Positions 10,914-20,714 of a stretch of DNA of 64,000 nt are shown here, one piece after another. The DNA is from an uncultured cyanobacterium. Its GTDB lineage: Bacteria; Cyanobacteriota; Cyanobacteriia; Cyanobacteriales; Cyanobacteriaceae. The stretch spans positions 1,344,001 through 1,408,000 of the forward strand of contig CAVQBA010000004.1 of assembly GCA_963710605.1 (NCBI GenBank), in the 5' to 3' direction. How positions within the stretch are numbered: position 1 is the stretch's first letter; each line of letters opens with the position of its first letter. The notes under the pieces were generated by a model. That model was given only the letters and a program-made list of their open reading frames with translations, had not been told where the DNA came from and did no database searches. Position numbers and translations under genes: made by a program.

Positions 10914-11405
10914 ATGAAAATAAACACCAACAAAGAATTAACATTTAATTGGGAAAAATATTGGCAATATTGTGAATCAGTAAGCCAAAGTATAAAACAA
11001 ACTGGTAAATCTTATACCCAAATAATTGCGATCGCTCGTGGTGGATTTTATTTAGGAGATTATCTTTCTCGGCGTTTACAAATTCCTTTATCAGTCATCA
11101 CCGCTAGTAGCTATAACCCCAATAATCAACAACAAGAATTATTATTAGGAAAACTATCATATATTCATCCGCCCAATGGTCATATATTATTAGTCGATGA
11201 TTTGCTTGATACTGGTAAGACGATGGTTGCTGTCAAAAAACAATTAGAGGATGATTGGAATATCCAAATAGACACCGCCGTAATTTGGCAAAAGATAAAA
11301 TGCCAGTGTAAAGCTGATTATTATTATTCTGTCACACCTGATGAACCTTGGATTGTGCAACCTTTTGAACGTGTAGAAAACGATCGTCAAACAATCGAAA
11401 ACTGA
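10914..11405 (+). CDS. Type I phosphoribosyltransferase (purine salvage-like)
   Basis: IARGG loop, PRPP motif LLVDDLLDTGKT, C-terminal WIVQPFE. Confidence 0.85.
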   Translation: MKINTNKELTFNWEKYWQYCESVSQSIKQTGKSYTQIIAIARGGFYLGDYLSRRLQIPLSVITASSYNPNNQQQELLLGKLSYIHPPNGHILLVDDLLDTGKTMVAVKKQLEDDWNIQIDTAVIWQKIKCQCKADYYYSVTPDEPWIVQPFERVENDRQTIEN

Positions 11406-11574
11406 TAATCTTCCGATTTAAAAGAATTAAGTTTTTTATTTATTCAAGTTCTATTTTAAAGAGCCTACTCAAACCTGTGCCAATCAAATAAATTGAGTTA
11501 AATAGGGTTGAAGTCTCAATAGATTGACTATTAAGTTTATCTACATCTGTACATCTTCGCCACAGGCTTTAATT

Positions 11575-11607
11575 CCCCTCCTTTTAAAGGAGGGGCTAGG
11601 GGTGGTT
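11575..11607. repeat. Short dispersed palindromic repeat, copy 1
   Basis: CCCCTCCTTT-T-AAAGGAGGGG-CTAGGGGTGGTT; related copies at 11787, 20555 and 56941. Confidence 0.75.
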
Positions 11608-11786
11608 TATTCTCGTTCGCCCAAAATAGCTATCTGCTCAAAATAAATAGCTATCTGCTATTACTACATACATACAATACGATCGATCGAGAGTGGTTAT
11701 ATTTTCTTTTTACTAAAGCGAAAAAAACGGCTAAATTTACTGCTATTTCTTAGTTATAGAAATTCCAAAAATAAGACATGAAACAG

Positions 11787-11818
11787 CCCTGCTTTTAAAG
11801 GAGGGATTAGGGGTGGTT
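11787..11818. repeat. Short dispersed palindromic repeat, copy 2
   Basis: CCCTGCTTTTAAAGGAGGGATTAGGGGTGGTT. Confidence 0.7.
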
Positions 11819-11851
11819 CTCGATTTCAACTAACTCATTCTCAATTCTCAA

Positions 11852-13330
11852 TTACTCTTCAGGTACCCAGACTGAAACCGAACCAGCTAGACAGGAAAAC
11901 TCTGCCCAACCATTCTCGTCAGTGACGATTTTATCAGTAATGTGTCCAGTCAGATCGATATAAGTTTGCTTAGGTTGACCAACTTCCATTGATTTTGTAC
12001 CTTCATCGCCATTACTGAGAATAACAGCCATTCCCCCTGAATGCTCTTCATCCCCCAGTCTTGTCCAACCAATGACATTACCATGATCAAAATAATCATA
12101 TTGCTCACCAAAGGCATAATTCTGACGGGCAGACAAAAACTTGTCAATTATCCATTTATGTTCAGCAATCCAAATTTCGTAATCTCCGCCATCGCTTCCT
12201 TTATCCTTATAATTAGCACCATAATAGTCAGCGTAAAAAATACAAGGATAACCATCTCGACGTAATAAAATCAGAGCATAAGCCAACGGTTTAAACCAAG
12301 CCTCAACTACAGATTCAAGTGCTTGTAGCGGTTGAGAATCATGATTATCAACTAAGGTTACTGCCAAAGAAGGTTCTTGTTGAACTAGAGTACCATCAAA
12401 AATAGTACGCATATCATAATCATTACCTACATTACTAGCCTCGCTGAAATTGTAGTGTAAAGGAGCATCAAATAAAGCAATATCTCCTCTTGTTATTTCC
12501 ACAAAATGAAGTAAGGCATCTAAATGATTAGACCAATATTCACCTACAGCGAAAATTTGTTTACCGGCATACTCACGGACATGATTTAACCAATCAGGAA
12601 AAAATCCAGCTTTAACGTGTTTAACTGCATCGAAACGAAAACCATCAACATTAGTAGTATCCATATACCATTCACCCCAATAATTTAGTTCGCCTCGTAC
12701 TTCGGGGTGTTCCATATCCAAATCGCAACCCATGAGGTAAGCAAAAGAACCTTTTTCTAAATCTACTTGCTCGTCAAATCTTTTATCTTTGAATAGATAG
12801 ATAGCATCAGCATCTCCATCATAAACATTATAATCAACTGCATCAAAATGCCACCAATGCCATTCTAACGAAGAATATTTACCATCACGCCCAGGAAAAG
12901 TAAAATGTGTCCAAACTTTAACTGTTTGTTGTTCGCCGATCGCTTCGTGACGGTTATCCGGACTCATTGGTGTTGCTTCAACTTCTTCTTCTAAATCTCC
13001 ACCAAGTTTATGGTTTAAAACCACATCGGCATAAACATGAATACCCGACTCTTGAGCTTTTTTAATCGCATCTACATATTCTTGTTTTGTACCGTATTTA
13101 GTTCTGACAGAACCTTTTTGGTCAAATTCACCTAAATCAAACATATCATAAACGCCATAACCGACATCATAACCTCCTGCTGTTCCTTTGTAAGCAGGAG
13201 GTAACCAAACAGATGTAATTCCTACTTTGGCTAAATCCTCAGCATTTTGGGCTAATTCATTCCACAGATTACCATCAGGTTCGGTGTACCAATGGAAATA
13301 CTGCATCATAACACCATTAAATTCAGACAT
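11852..13330 (-). CDS. amyA: Cytoplasmic alpha-amylase (GH13, AmyA type)
   Basis: DVVLNH, GFRFDAVKH, GEYW, VDNHD conserved regions; no signal peptide. Confidence 0.92.
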   Translation of the reverse strand: MSEFNGVMMQYFHWYTEPDGNLWNELAQNAEDLAKVGITSVWLPPAYKGTAGGYDVGYGVYDMFDLGEFDQKGSVRTKYGTKQEYVDAIKKAQESGIHVYADVVLNHKLGGDLEEEVEATPMSPDNRHEAIGEQQTVKVWTHFTFPGRDGKYSSLEWHWWHFDAVDYNVYDGDADAIYLFKDKRFDEQVDLEKGSFAYLMGCDLDMEHPEVRGELNYWGEWYMDTTNVDGFRFDAVKHVKAGFFPDWLNHVREYAGKQIFAVGEYWSNHLDALLHFVEITRGDIALFDAPLHYNFSEASNVGNDYDMRTIFDGTLVQQEPSLAVTLVDNHDSQPLQALESVVEAWFKPLAYALILLRRDGYPCIFYADYYGANYKDKGSDGGDYEIWIAEHKWIIDKFLSARQNYAFGEQYDYFDHGNVIGWTRLGDEEHSGGMAVILSNGDEGTKSMEVGQPKQTYIDLTGHITDKIVTDENGWAEFSCLAGSVSVWVPEE

Positions 13331-13656
13331 CTTTAAATCGCTCCATTAAAAACTAATAAATTATAGTTCAGACAAATTGCAAAAATCAGTCCCCACAAGA
13401 AATGGAAAATGGCGATCGTCTGGGAGTTACAACCCAAAATACCGTTTAGTTTTCTTGTTGATTAGCTGTAATATTAACATTTGTAAAATTATCATTTAAT
13501 CATCCTTTAGACATAGATGATAATTGACCATTGATAATGGACAATTGACAATAAATTTGTTAGGTTAAGTTTTTTGTTATTGGCGTAAGTATAGCAGTAG
13601 CCATAACAGTTAGGACAAATATAAAAGCTCAAACTATTAACATATAAGCATTAAAC

Positions 13657-13690
13657 CTTTGCCCCTTGCCCCTTGCCCTTTGCCCTTTGC
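13657..13690. repeat. Heptamer short tandem repeat (TTGCCCY)n
   Basis: ctttgccccttgccccttgccctttgccctttgc. Confidence 0.8.
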
Positions 13691-13759
13691 TATATTTTGA
13701 ATAATATTTCAAGCAAATCAGTAAAATAACCTTTGCCCTTTTGACCAAAAAAGGGTGTT

Positions 13760-14134
13760 TTAGACAAGACTACTTTTTTCTTTGATTTTTATTTCTTCCT
13801 TTAATTCTTGGTTGAGGAAATAGTTTAAAAATGTTCTAATCGCCGCTAAAACACCTAATCGAGCTAAAAATTCTAAATCAGGTGCGATCGTTGTTTCCAA
13901 AATATCAGCCCCTAATTGTAATTCTAAAGCGATCGATAACCACAAACCAAATTTGAGTCTCGCTTCAATAAAAGGAAAATTAGTACTACGGCGACGTAGT
14001 TTAATCTTGATGGCTAATTCGATTGTTTTGATTAAACCCATCATCACACAAAGTGCAGAGGCAAACTCTAAAATTATTTGTAAAAATACAACTATATTAC
14101 TTAATAAATGTTCTAAACTTTCGATCAATTCCAT
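13760..14134 (-). CDS. DUF1622 membrane protein
   Basis: RLKFGLWLSIALELQLGADILETTIAP...AIRTFLNYFL; start MELIES at 14134 preferred. Confidence 0.85.
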   Translation of the reverse strand: MELIESLEHLLSNIVVFLQIILEFASALCVMMGLIKTIELAIKIKLRRRSTNFPFIEARLKFGLWLSIALELQLGADILETTIAPDLEFLARLGVLAAIRTFLNYFLNQELKEEIKIKEKSSLV

Positions 14135-14186
14135 AATGCGTGTTATCTTACACAATAGATAATTTTTGATCACATATATGATCACT

Positions 14187-15255
14187 ATGACTACTTTAAA
14201 ACAATTACAACAACAATCCGAAGCAGTTTTTTTAGCTGAAGAAAATACACCCCTTACTTTTAATCAAGATGCTGATATCATCGACTATGATGGTGAAAAG
14301 CTAGTTTTGTGCGATCGTAGTAACTGGGGCATACTTAGCCTCACAAAAGAAGATAGAGCGAGATTTTTACATAACCAAAGCACTAATGATATTGAAGCCT
14401 TAAAAACAGGAAATGGATGCGAGACAGTATTTGTTAATTCTACAGGTAGAAATATAGATTTAGCCACAGCTTACATTCAAGATACACAAATATTGTTAAT
14501 GGTATCTCCTGAGCAAAATAAACATTTGTTTGATTGGATGGATAGATATATTTTTCCTTTTGATAAAGTTGCACTACAAGATTTAACAAGTGAATATGCG
14601 ATTTTTACCCTTATTGGCGATCGAAGTAAAGAAAGTTTGTCACAATGGTTGGATGAAGATTGGCTTAACAACGCACCTGAATATAATCATCAGATAATTA
14701 AAATTGAAGATATTGAAGTTATCGTTACCGTTGGTTGTGGTTTGAAATTGACAGGTTATAACTTAATTATTCCTCAAGCCCAAGCAGATATTATCTGGCA
14801 AAAATTAGTCGAAAAAAACCCAATTTTAATAGGTAGTCAAGGATATGAATATTTAAGAATACAGCAAGGAAGACCAAAACCAGAAGCGGAATTAACCCAA
14901 GATTATAATCCTTTAGAAAGCGGTTTATGGGATGCTATTTCTTTCGAGAAAGGTTGTTATATTGGGCAAGAAACGATCGCTCGTTTGAATACTTATAAAG
15001 GCGTAAAACAAAGATTGTGGGGAATTAAATTAGCTCAGAGCGATCGATTTAGAAACCGATAACATAATTACTCTTGATGGTGAAAAAGTCGGTAAAATAA
15101 CCAGTTATTACCAAACAGATAACAATCAAAATTTAGCTTTAGGTTATATTCGTACCAAAGCAGGTGGAGAAGGTTTAACTGTAAAGGTAGGTAATACTGA
15201 AGCTGAGGTTGTTTCTCTTCCTTTTATTACTCATGAATATTATGGTGGTGAATAG
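14187..15255 (+). CDS. ygfZ: YgfZ/GcvT-like folate-binding protein, +1 frameshift near 15039
   Basis: KGCYIGQE signature; removing one base in CAG-A-GCGATCG continues the frame (IDLETDNIITLDGEKVGKITS..LGYIRTKAGG) to TAG at 15253-15255. Confidence 0.88.
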
Positions 15256-15269
15256 TAGTAAAATTAATG

Positions 15270-15289
15270 ATATAGTAAATTTACTATAT
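15270..15289. promoter_or_regulatory. Perfect 20-bp palindrome, probable TA operator
   Basis: ATATAGTAAATTTACTATAT directly upstream of the toxin gene. Confidence 0.65.
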
Positions 15290-15295
15290 TTTTAG

Positions 15296-15676
15296 TTGAG
15301 AGTCTTAAAATTGAATGAGTTAGACTTACCTGTTATTCGTCCTCTAATTTGGTTAGGAAATAGTAAAAAGAATGTGATTGTTTTTCCTGATGAGGTGAAA
15401 AAATTGCTCGGCGATGAATTACAATTAATTCAATTTGGAGGTATGCCTAAAGATGCAAAACCATTTAAAGGAATTGGTAGTGGAGTTGTTGAGATTGCCA
15501 TTAAATATGATAAAGAAGCTTATCGTTGCATACAGGCATTACAATTAGGGAAAAAAATATATATTCTTCACGCTTTTCATAAAAAATCAAAACAAGGTAT
15601 AAAAACTTCAAAACAAGACATAGATTTAATTAAAAAACGCTATCAAGAAGCATTGGAGTTAGCTAAAAATGATTAA
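15296..15676 (+). CDS. RelE/ParE-superfamily (Gp49/HigB-like) toxin
   Basis: KPFKGIGSGVVEI, AYR, YILHAFHKKSKQGIKT; toxin first, overlapping the antitoxin start. Confidence 0.85.
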   Translation: MRVLKLNELDLPVIRPLIWLGNSKKNVIVFPDEVKKLLGDELQLIQFGGMPKDAKPFKGIGSGVVEIAIKYDKEAYRCIQALQLGKKIYILHAFHKKSKQGIKTSKQDIDLIKKRYQEALELAKND

Positions 15677-16001
15677 TCATCAAGAAATAGAATTTGAACA
15701 AGGAAGCACTAACGTTTTTGCTGACTTAGGTTTGCACGAAGCAGAAGAACTTTATACTAGATCTCAAATTGGCTTTCATATTTATCAAGTATTAAAAAAG
15801 AAACAATTAAAACAAAAAGAAATCGCATCTTTGTTAGGTATTTCTCAACCAGATGTTTCTCATTTAATGAACGGACATTTTAGTCGTTTTACAACTGATA
15901 AATTACTAGATTTTTTGAAACGTCTTAATCTGAAAGTGACGATCGAAATTAGTCCTCATCAAAATGGTGAAGCTTATCAACAAATTGCTTTTGTTAGTTA
16001 A
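15669..16001 (+). CDS. XRE-family HTH antitoxin (HigA-like)
   Basis: GSTNVFADLG, HTH QKEIASLLGISQPDVSHL, FTTDKL. Confidence 0.85.
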   Translation: MINHQEIEFEQGSTNVFADLGLHEAEELYTRSQIGFHIYQVLKKKQLKQKEIASLLGISQPDVSHLMNGHFSRFTTDKLLDFLKRLNLKVTIEISPHQNGEAYQQIAFVS

Positions 16002-16050
16002 ACTTTTAATCACTTTAACTGTCAATTATAGATTGTCCATTAGATTTGTG

Positions 16051-16977
16051 TTATTCAAAATTTCTGAGTTGCTTTGTCGTGAGGGTTGAAACCCTCATTT
16101 TAGCGTTTATATTCTCAGATAACTGTTGAATAAACTCCTTTGTTTTTCTTGGTAGATAAGAGTGAGCAACATAAACAGCATGGACAGGATAACTTTTCAA
16201 AGCATAATTTGGCAAAATTTTACTCACTTCTCCTTTTTCTAGGGCTTCTTGAAAAAGCCACATCGGTCCTAAATGAATACCCAAACCGTTTTTGACTAAC
16301 GCTAAAATTGCATTCACGCTATTGACGGTAATATTACTTTGCATCTTCAAATATGAAAATTTACTTCCATCAGCAAATTCGAGATCGCTTTTAGCCTGAG
16401 TAGGTGAATAGAAAATAAAGTTATAATTTACTAAATCCTCTGGCGTTTTAGGTGTACCAAAGTTTTTTAAATAAGTATTACTAGCTACAAGCACTCTGGG
16501 TACGTTACCAACTTTTTGAGCAATTAGATTAGATTTTGATAGTTTACCAATCCTAACTGCAACATCTATATTTTTCTCAACTAAGTTCATGAAACTACTT
16601 CCTAATAATAACTCAGCCGAAAGTTCAGGAGAATTGTTAAGCATTTCTTGTACTACAGGAACTACAAATTTAGCACCAAAATCAACAGGTGCACTTATTC
16701 TAAGTTTTCCTCGTAGTGTGGTAACTCCACTGGTTATTTCTTCTTCTAAAGCTATTTCTTCATCAAGTAATCTGCGTAAGCCTTGATAGTATTTTTTACC
16801 AAGCTCTGTCGGATGGGTTTGGCGTGTCGATTGATGAAGTAATTTTACATTAAGACGTTTTTCTAATGTGGCTATCTTACGGCTAACAGATGAAGGCTCA
16901 ACGTGCATTTGTTCTGCCGCTTTTTTAAAACTCCCTGCTTCAACTACTTGAATAAATAATTTTTGAAGACTATACAT
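16051..16977 (-). CDS. LysR-family transcriptional regulator (CrgA-like)
   Basis: GSFKKAA..SSVSRKIATLEKRL HTH; GKLRISAP; DVAVRIG. Confidence 0.92.
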   Translation of the reverse strand: MYSLQKLFIQVVEAGSFKKAAEQMHVEPSSVSRKIATLEKRLNVKLLHQSTRQTHPTELGKKYYQGLRRLLDEEIALEEEITSGVTTLRGKLRISAPVDFGAKFVVPVVQEMLNNSPELSAELLLGSSFMNLVEKNIDVAVRIGKLSKSNLIAQKVGNVPRVLVASNTYLKNFGTPKTPEDLVNYNFIFYSPTQAKSDLEFADGSKFSYLKMQSNITVNSVNAILALVKNGLGIHLGPMWLFQEALEKGEVSKILPNYALKSYPVHAVYVAHSYLPRKTKEFIQQLSENINAKMRVSTLTTKQLRNFE

Positions 16978-16985
16978 ATCTATTT

Positions 16986-17002
16986 ATTGCTGATAACGCA
17001 AT
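16986..17002. promoter_or_regulatory. LysR T-N11-A recognition site
   Basis: ATTGC-N7-GCAAT dyad between the divergent lysR and SDR genes. Confidence 0.6.
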
Positions 17003-17125
17003 TTATAATTGCATTTTATCCTACTACCCTTATTTTTATCAATTAGTTAAAATATTTGAGCAGGTGGAATTACGGACTGAAAAACAGGCTAGTCATTGCA
17101 TGAAAATTTTAATCCTCAAAAAACT

Positions 17126-17881
17126 ATGTCCAAAAATGATTTAACCGATAAGATTGTTCTTGTTACAGGTGGTGCGAAAAATCTAGGAGGACTTATTAGT
17201 CTAGAGTTTGCTAGTAAAGGAGCAAAGATAGTTGTTCATTACCATAGTAAGACCACACAAAAGGATGCAGAAGCTACAGTAAAAGCTATTCAACAATTAG
17301 GTAATAAAGCTTTTGCTATCCAAAGTGATTTAACCAAAATAGATAATATTACTGCTTTATTTGAGCAAACTAAAGAACGATTTGGTGGAATAGATATTTT
17401 AGTTAATACGGTAGGCAAAGTATTACGTAAACCGATCGTTGATACTACCGAAGCTGAATTTGATTTTATGTTCGATGTTAATGCTAAAACTGCTTATTTT
17501 TTGATCAAAGAAGCAGGGAAACATCTTAATGATAATGGCAAGATAATTACGATCGTCACATCTTTATTAGCGGCATTTACAGATGGTTACTCAACTTATG
17601 CGGGTGCAAAAGCTCCAGTAGAAGACTTCACCCGTGCGGCGGCAAAAGAGCTTGCCAATAGAGGGATTTCGGTTACTGCGATCGCTCCAGGACCAATGGA
17701 TACACCTTTTTTCTATGGAGAAGAAACACCAGAGAGGGTCGAATTTCATAAATCACAAGCAATGGGTAATCAATTGACTCAAATTGAAGATATAGTTCCG
17801 ATTGTCAGATTTTTAGCCACAGAAGGTTGGTGGATAACTGGTCAAACAATCTTCGCTAATGGGGGTTATACCACAAGATAA
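17126..17881 (+). CDS. Short-chain dehydrogenase/reductase
   Basis: TGGAKNLG, YAGAK, APGPMDT, ITGQTIFANGG; ATG at 17126 preferred. Confidence 0.9.
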   Translation: MSKNDLTDKIVLVTGGAKNLGGLISLEFASKGAKIVVHYHSKTTQKDAEATVKAIQQLGNKAFAIQSDLTKIDNITALFEQTKERFGGIDILVNTVGKVLRKPIVDTTEAEFDFMFDVNAKTAYFLIKEAGKHLNDNGKIITIVTSLLAAFTDGYSTYAGAKAPVEDFTRAAAKELANRGISVTAIAPGPMDTPFFYGEETPERVEFHKSQAMGNQLTQIEDIVPIVRFLATEGWWITGQTIFANGGYTTR

Positions 17882-18108
17882 ATCAATAATTAATAATTAA
17901 TAATTACCTCTGGCATGAAAAGAAGAGGATTGACTAATTATGTACATTTTTATTTTTTATCCTCAACCAAGGGCAAGTTTTGAACCACAATTTTTCGGTA
18001 ATAAAAAATAATATCAAGGTAATTAAATTTTTAGACAAAAGCAAATTTTTGTATCTTGATTAGGTCTGATCAAAATTTCAATACTAATATTATAGGAGTA
18101 GTTAATTA

Positions 18109-18513
18109 ATGAACTTTATTCAAATGAAAACATTTAATTCAATTATGTTTTTTAGTTTGCTTTGGAGTGGAATAGGGTTTGCCCCTTTCGTCGCAAATGC
18201 TAGTTCACGGATAGAATCAAATAATCTTTTGAGTCGGCATCAAAGAGTGGACAAAACTTTTGAATGTGGTGGCAAATTTACAGTCTCGATCGAGGAAAAT
18301 GCTTCTGGCTATTCTTACACAGCCGTTAACGTTCGTGGTGATGATCTTGTTATCGATGGTGGAACATCTCACACAGGTCGTAATTACGCAATCATCTATG
18401 TATTTTCTTACGAAGGTACAGAGTACATATTAGAAGATTACGGAACTAAAAAAGCCGATTTGAGCATAGCAACTTATCCTCAAAAGCCAGTAACCTACCG
18501 TTGCGTCGAATAA
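18109..18513 (+). CDS. Small exported hypothetical protein
   Basis: RBS AGGAG, signal peptide (ANA cleavage), beta-rich body with two Cys (FEC..YRC). Confidence 0.7.
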   Translation: MNFIQMKTFNSIMFFSLLWSGIGFAPFVANASSRIESNNLLSRHQRVDKTFECGGKFTVSIEENASGYSYTAVNVRGDDLVIDGGTSHTGRNYAIIYVFSYEGTEYILEDYGTKKADLSIATYPQKPVTYRCVE

Positions 18514-18702
18514 AATACTTGTAGTTGGTTAGGTTACAAAAAATGAAGACTAAAAACACCTAATCTGATAACTCAATCAATCGGGCGATCGACTATATTA
18601 ACGTTGTCTTAGTGTAACAGTAACTAACAAAGCCAATTATACCAAAATAGATCGAGATAAGTAATTCATTGACGATTGTTAGTTTTTTTAAGGAGGTTAG
18701 TG

Positions 18703-20448
18703 ATGAAAATAAGTAGTAATTTAAAGTTGAGATTAAGATGTCGTTCTCAATGGTTGAGCTTAGTGATGACATTTTTCTTTGCTCTAGTCATCAGCTTGAT
18801 TATTGGTCAACCTAGTTGGGCTGTGTTTCCACTCCCCCAAGGTTTGGGTACAGACAATACTGTCACTTTACCGAATGGAGTAACTCGCTACGGCAATATT
18901 GAAGCGACGACCGTCGAATCTCCTTTAAGCAATAAAACCTTATTTACGATCGCTTCGGCGACGGTTAAAGATCGTACCTCCCCTGGCGATCGAATAGCTG
19001 TAGAGCTTAGAGCCGCCGCAATACGGGATAAACTTTTGCTTCTCATTGGTCGTCCGATGGACCCTCAAACCTTAGTTTTTGAAGTATCTACTTTACGCAA
19101 TTCTCCAGTTATCGACGTTCGAGATGCCAAATTTCCTCAACCTTTAATTATCGCAACTATCACCGAATACGATTCTACCTACACTGGTTTACCAGTAGAT
19201 GAACTAGCAACACAATGGCGTGATACTCTAGAAAATGATCTTCGTAGCGGTTTGGTAGATCTGCCACTGAGTGCACAGCGAATAAGTACGATCGTTACAG
19301 GTTTAATAATTTTATCGGCGATCGCACTCATCCTCAAGTTTGTGATTTCTCGCCGTCAAAAACAGCTTTTAAGCAAAAAAGAAGCAATTACTGCTCAAGT
19401 AGAGAGTTCGATCGCTACTAAAGAATTTTCAACCGAGGATAGTCCAGAAGTTATCCATCAACAGGTTGAGCAAAAACAAGCTAAACTCTTACAAGAAAGA
19501 GAGAAAACCTCGACTCTAGATCGTCAGCTTTCAGCCCTTAGCTTCATCCAATGGCTATTGTTTTGGCTTGTCATTCTAGCCTGGTATAGTGGAGTTGCTT
19601 GGGTGGGTTGGGTATCTCCTTACATACTGCTCAATTCTCCTATCGGTGAACCCCTCAGAGTTGTTGTTGACTTATTATCAGTCTGGTTTTTAGTTAGTCT
19701 TGCGATTCAAATTAGCCGTCGTTTTATTGACTACTTGGCTACTGAGCGAGAAGGGCTAGATTTAGGAGATTTGATTGCCTTAGGAGGAGATCATGAGCGT
19801 CGTCATCTGCGTGCTACAACTATTGCTGGGGCTTTAAAAGGTTTAATTACTATTGTGTTAGTTATAATTGGTATCTTATTAGCACTGCGTTCTCTAGAAA
19901 TCTCTACTGCGTCATTGGTTGCTATCACCAGTGTTGCAGGTCTGGCAATTACGTTTGGCTCACAAAACTTAGTTAAAGACTTAGTCAATGGCTTTTTTAT
20001 CTTAGCTGAAGATCAATATGCAGTTGGCGATGTAATTAATGTGGGTAATTCCGCAGGTTTGGTCGAAAACCTTAATCTACGGGTTACTCAGCTACGTAGT
20101 GATAATGGTGAGTTGGTTACAATTCCTAACAGCAGTATTACCCAAGTTAAAAATTTAACCCGTAACTGGTCGAGGGTATCATTCAACATTAACATAGCTT
20201 ACGAAACTGACCCCGATACAGCGATCGAAGTACTTAAAAAAGTAGCTCAAACTTTTTATCACGACCCCCAATGGCACAGTGCAATGTTATCTGAACCGAA
20301 AGTACTAGGTCTCGATAGTGTTTCTAAAAGTGGTATATCGATCACTATCTTGATTCAAACCGAACCAGCACAACAATGGGCAGTGGGGCGTGAATTACGT
20401 CTGCGTGTTCGTCGTATTTTGGCAGAACATGAAATAGATATTGCCTAA
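18703..20448 (+). CDS. Large MscS-family mechanosensitive channel
   Basis: FGSQNLVKDLVNG, DQYAVGD, LRVTQLRS..IPNS; RBS AGGAGG before ATG 18703. Confidence 0.88.
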   Translation: MKISSNLKLRLRCRSQWLSLVMTFFFALVISLIIGQPSWAVFPLPQGLGTDNTVTLPNGVTRYGNIEATTVESPLSNKTLFTIASATVKDRTSPGDRIAVELRAAAIRDKLLLLIGRPMDPQTLVFEVSTLRNSPVIDVRDAKFPQPLIIATITEYDSTYTGLPVDELATQWRDTLENDLRSGLVDLPLSAQRISTIVTGLIILSAIALILKFVISRRQKQLLSKKEAITAQVESSIATKEFSTEDSPEVIHQQVEQKQAKLLQEREKTSTLDRQLSALSFIQWLLFWLVILAWYSGVAWVGWVSPYILLNSPIGEPLRVVVDLLSVWFLVSLAIQISRRFIDYLATEREGLDLGDLIALGGDHERRHLRATTIAGALKGLITIVLVIIGILLALRSLEISTASLVAITSVAGLAITFGSQNLVKDLVNGFFILAEDQYAVGDVINVGNSAGLVENLNLRVTQLRSDNGELVTIPNSSITQVKNLTRNWSRVSFNINIAYETDPDTAIEVLKKVAQTFYHDPQWHSAMLSEPKVLGLDSVSKSGISITILIQTEPAQQWAVGRELRLRVRRILAEHEIDIA

Positions 20449-20554
20449 GCTTTTGTAGCAAAAAAGGGCAAAGGAATGATTGCCCAGATGTAAACATTTT
20501 AGGAATACTTAATATCTTAACTAACTCATTCTCTGCTATGTCAAGTTGATCTGA

Positions 20555-20590
20555 CCTCACCCCCAACCCCTCTCCTACTAAGAGAGGGGA
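20555..20590. repeat. Short dispersed palindromic repeat, related copy
   Basis: CCTCACCCCCAACCCCTCTCC-tacta-AGAGAGGGG between convergent genes. Confidence 0.6.
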
Positions 20591-20714
20591 GTTATAATCA
20601 GAAAACTTATAGTGATCACTTCTGGTATTTTTATGATTTAGCAATCACCTAAGTCATATTTTTATCACTATTTAATTAAAATTGCTAGAATTCTTAATTC
20701 TCCATTCTCCATTC

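Noticed and set aside
20430-20495. Frameshift at the 3' end of the large MscS gene
   Set aside because: Alternative frames add only a few residues with no recognisable motif; cannot be supported
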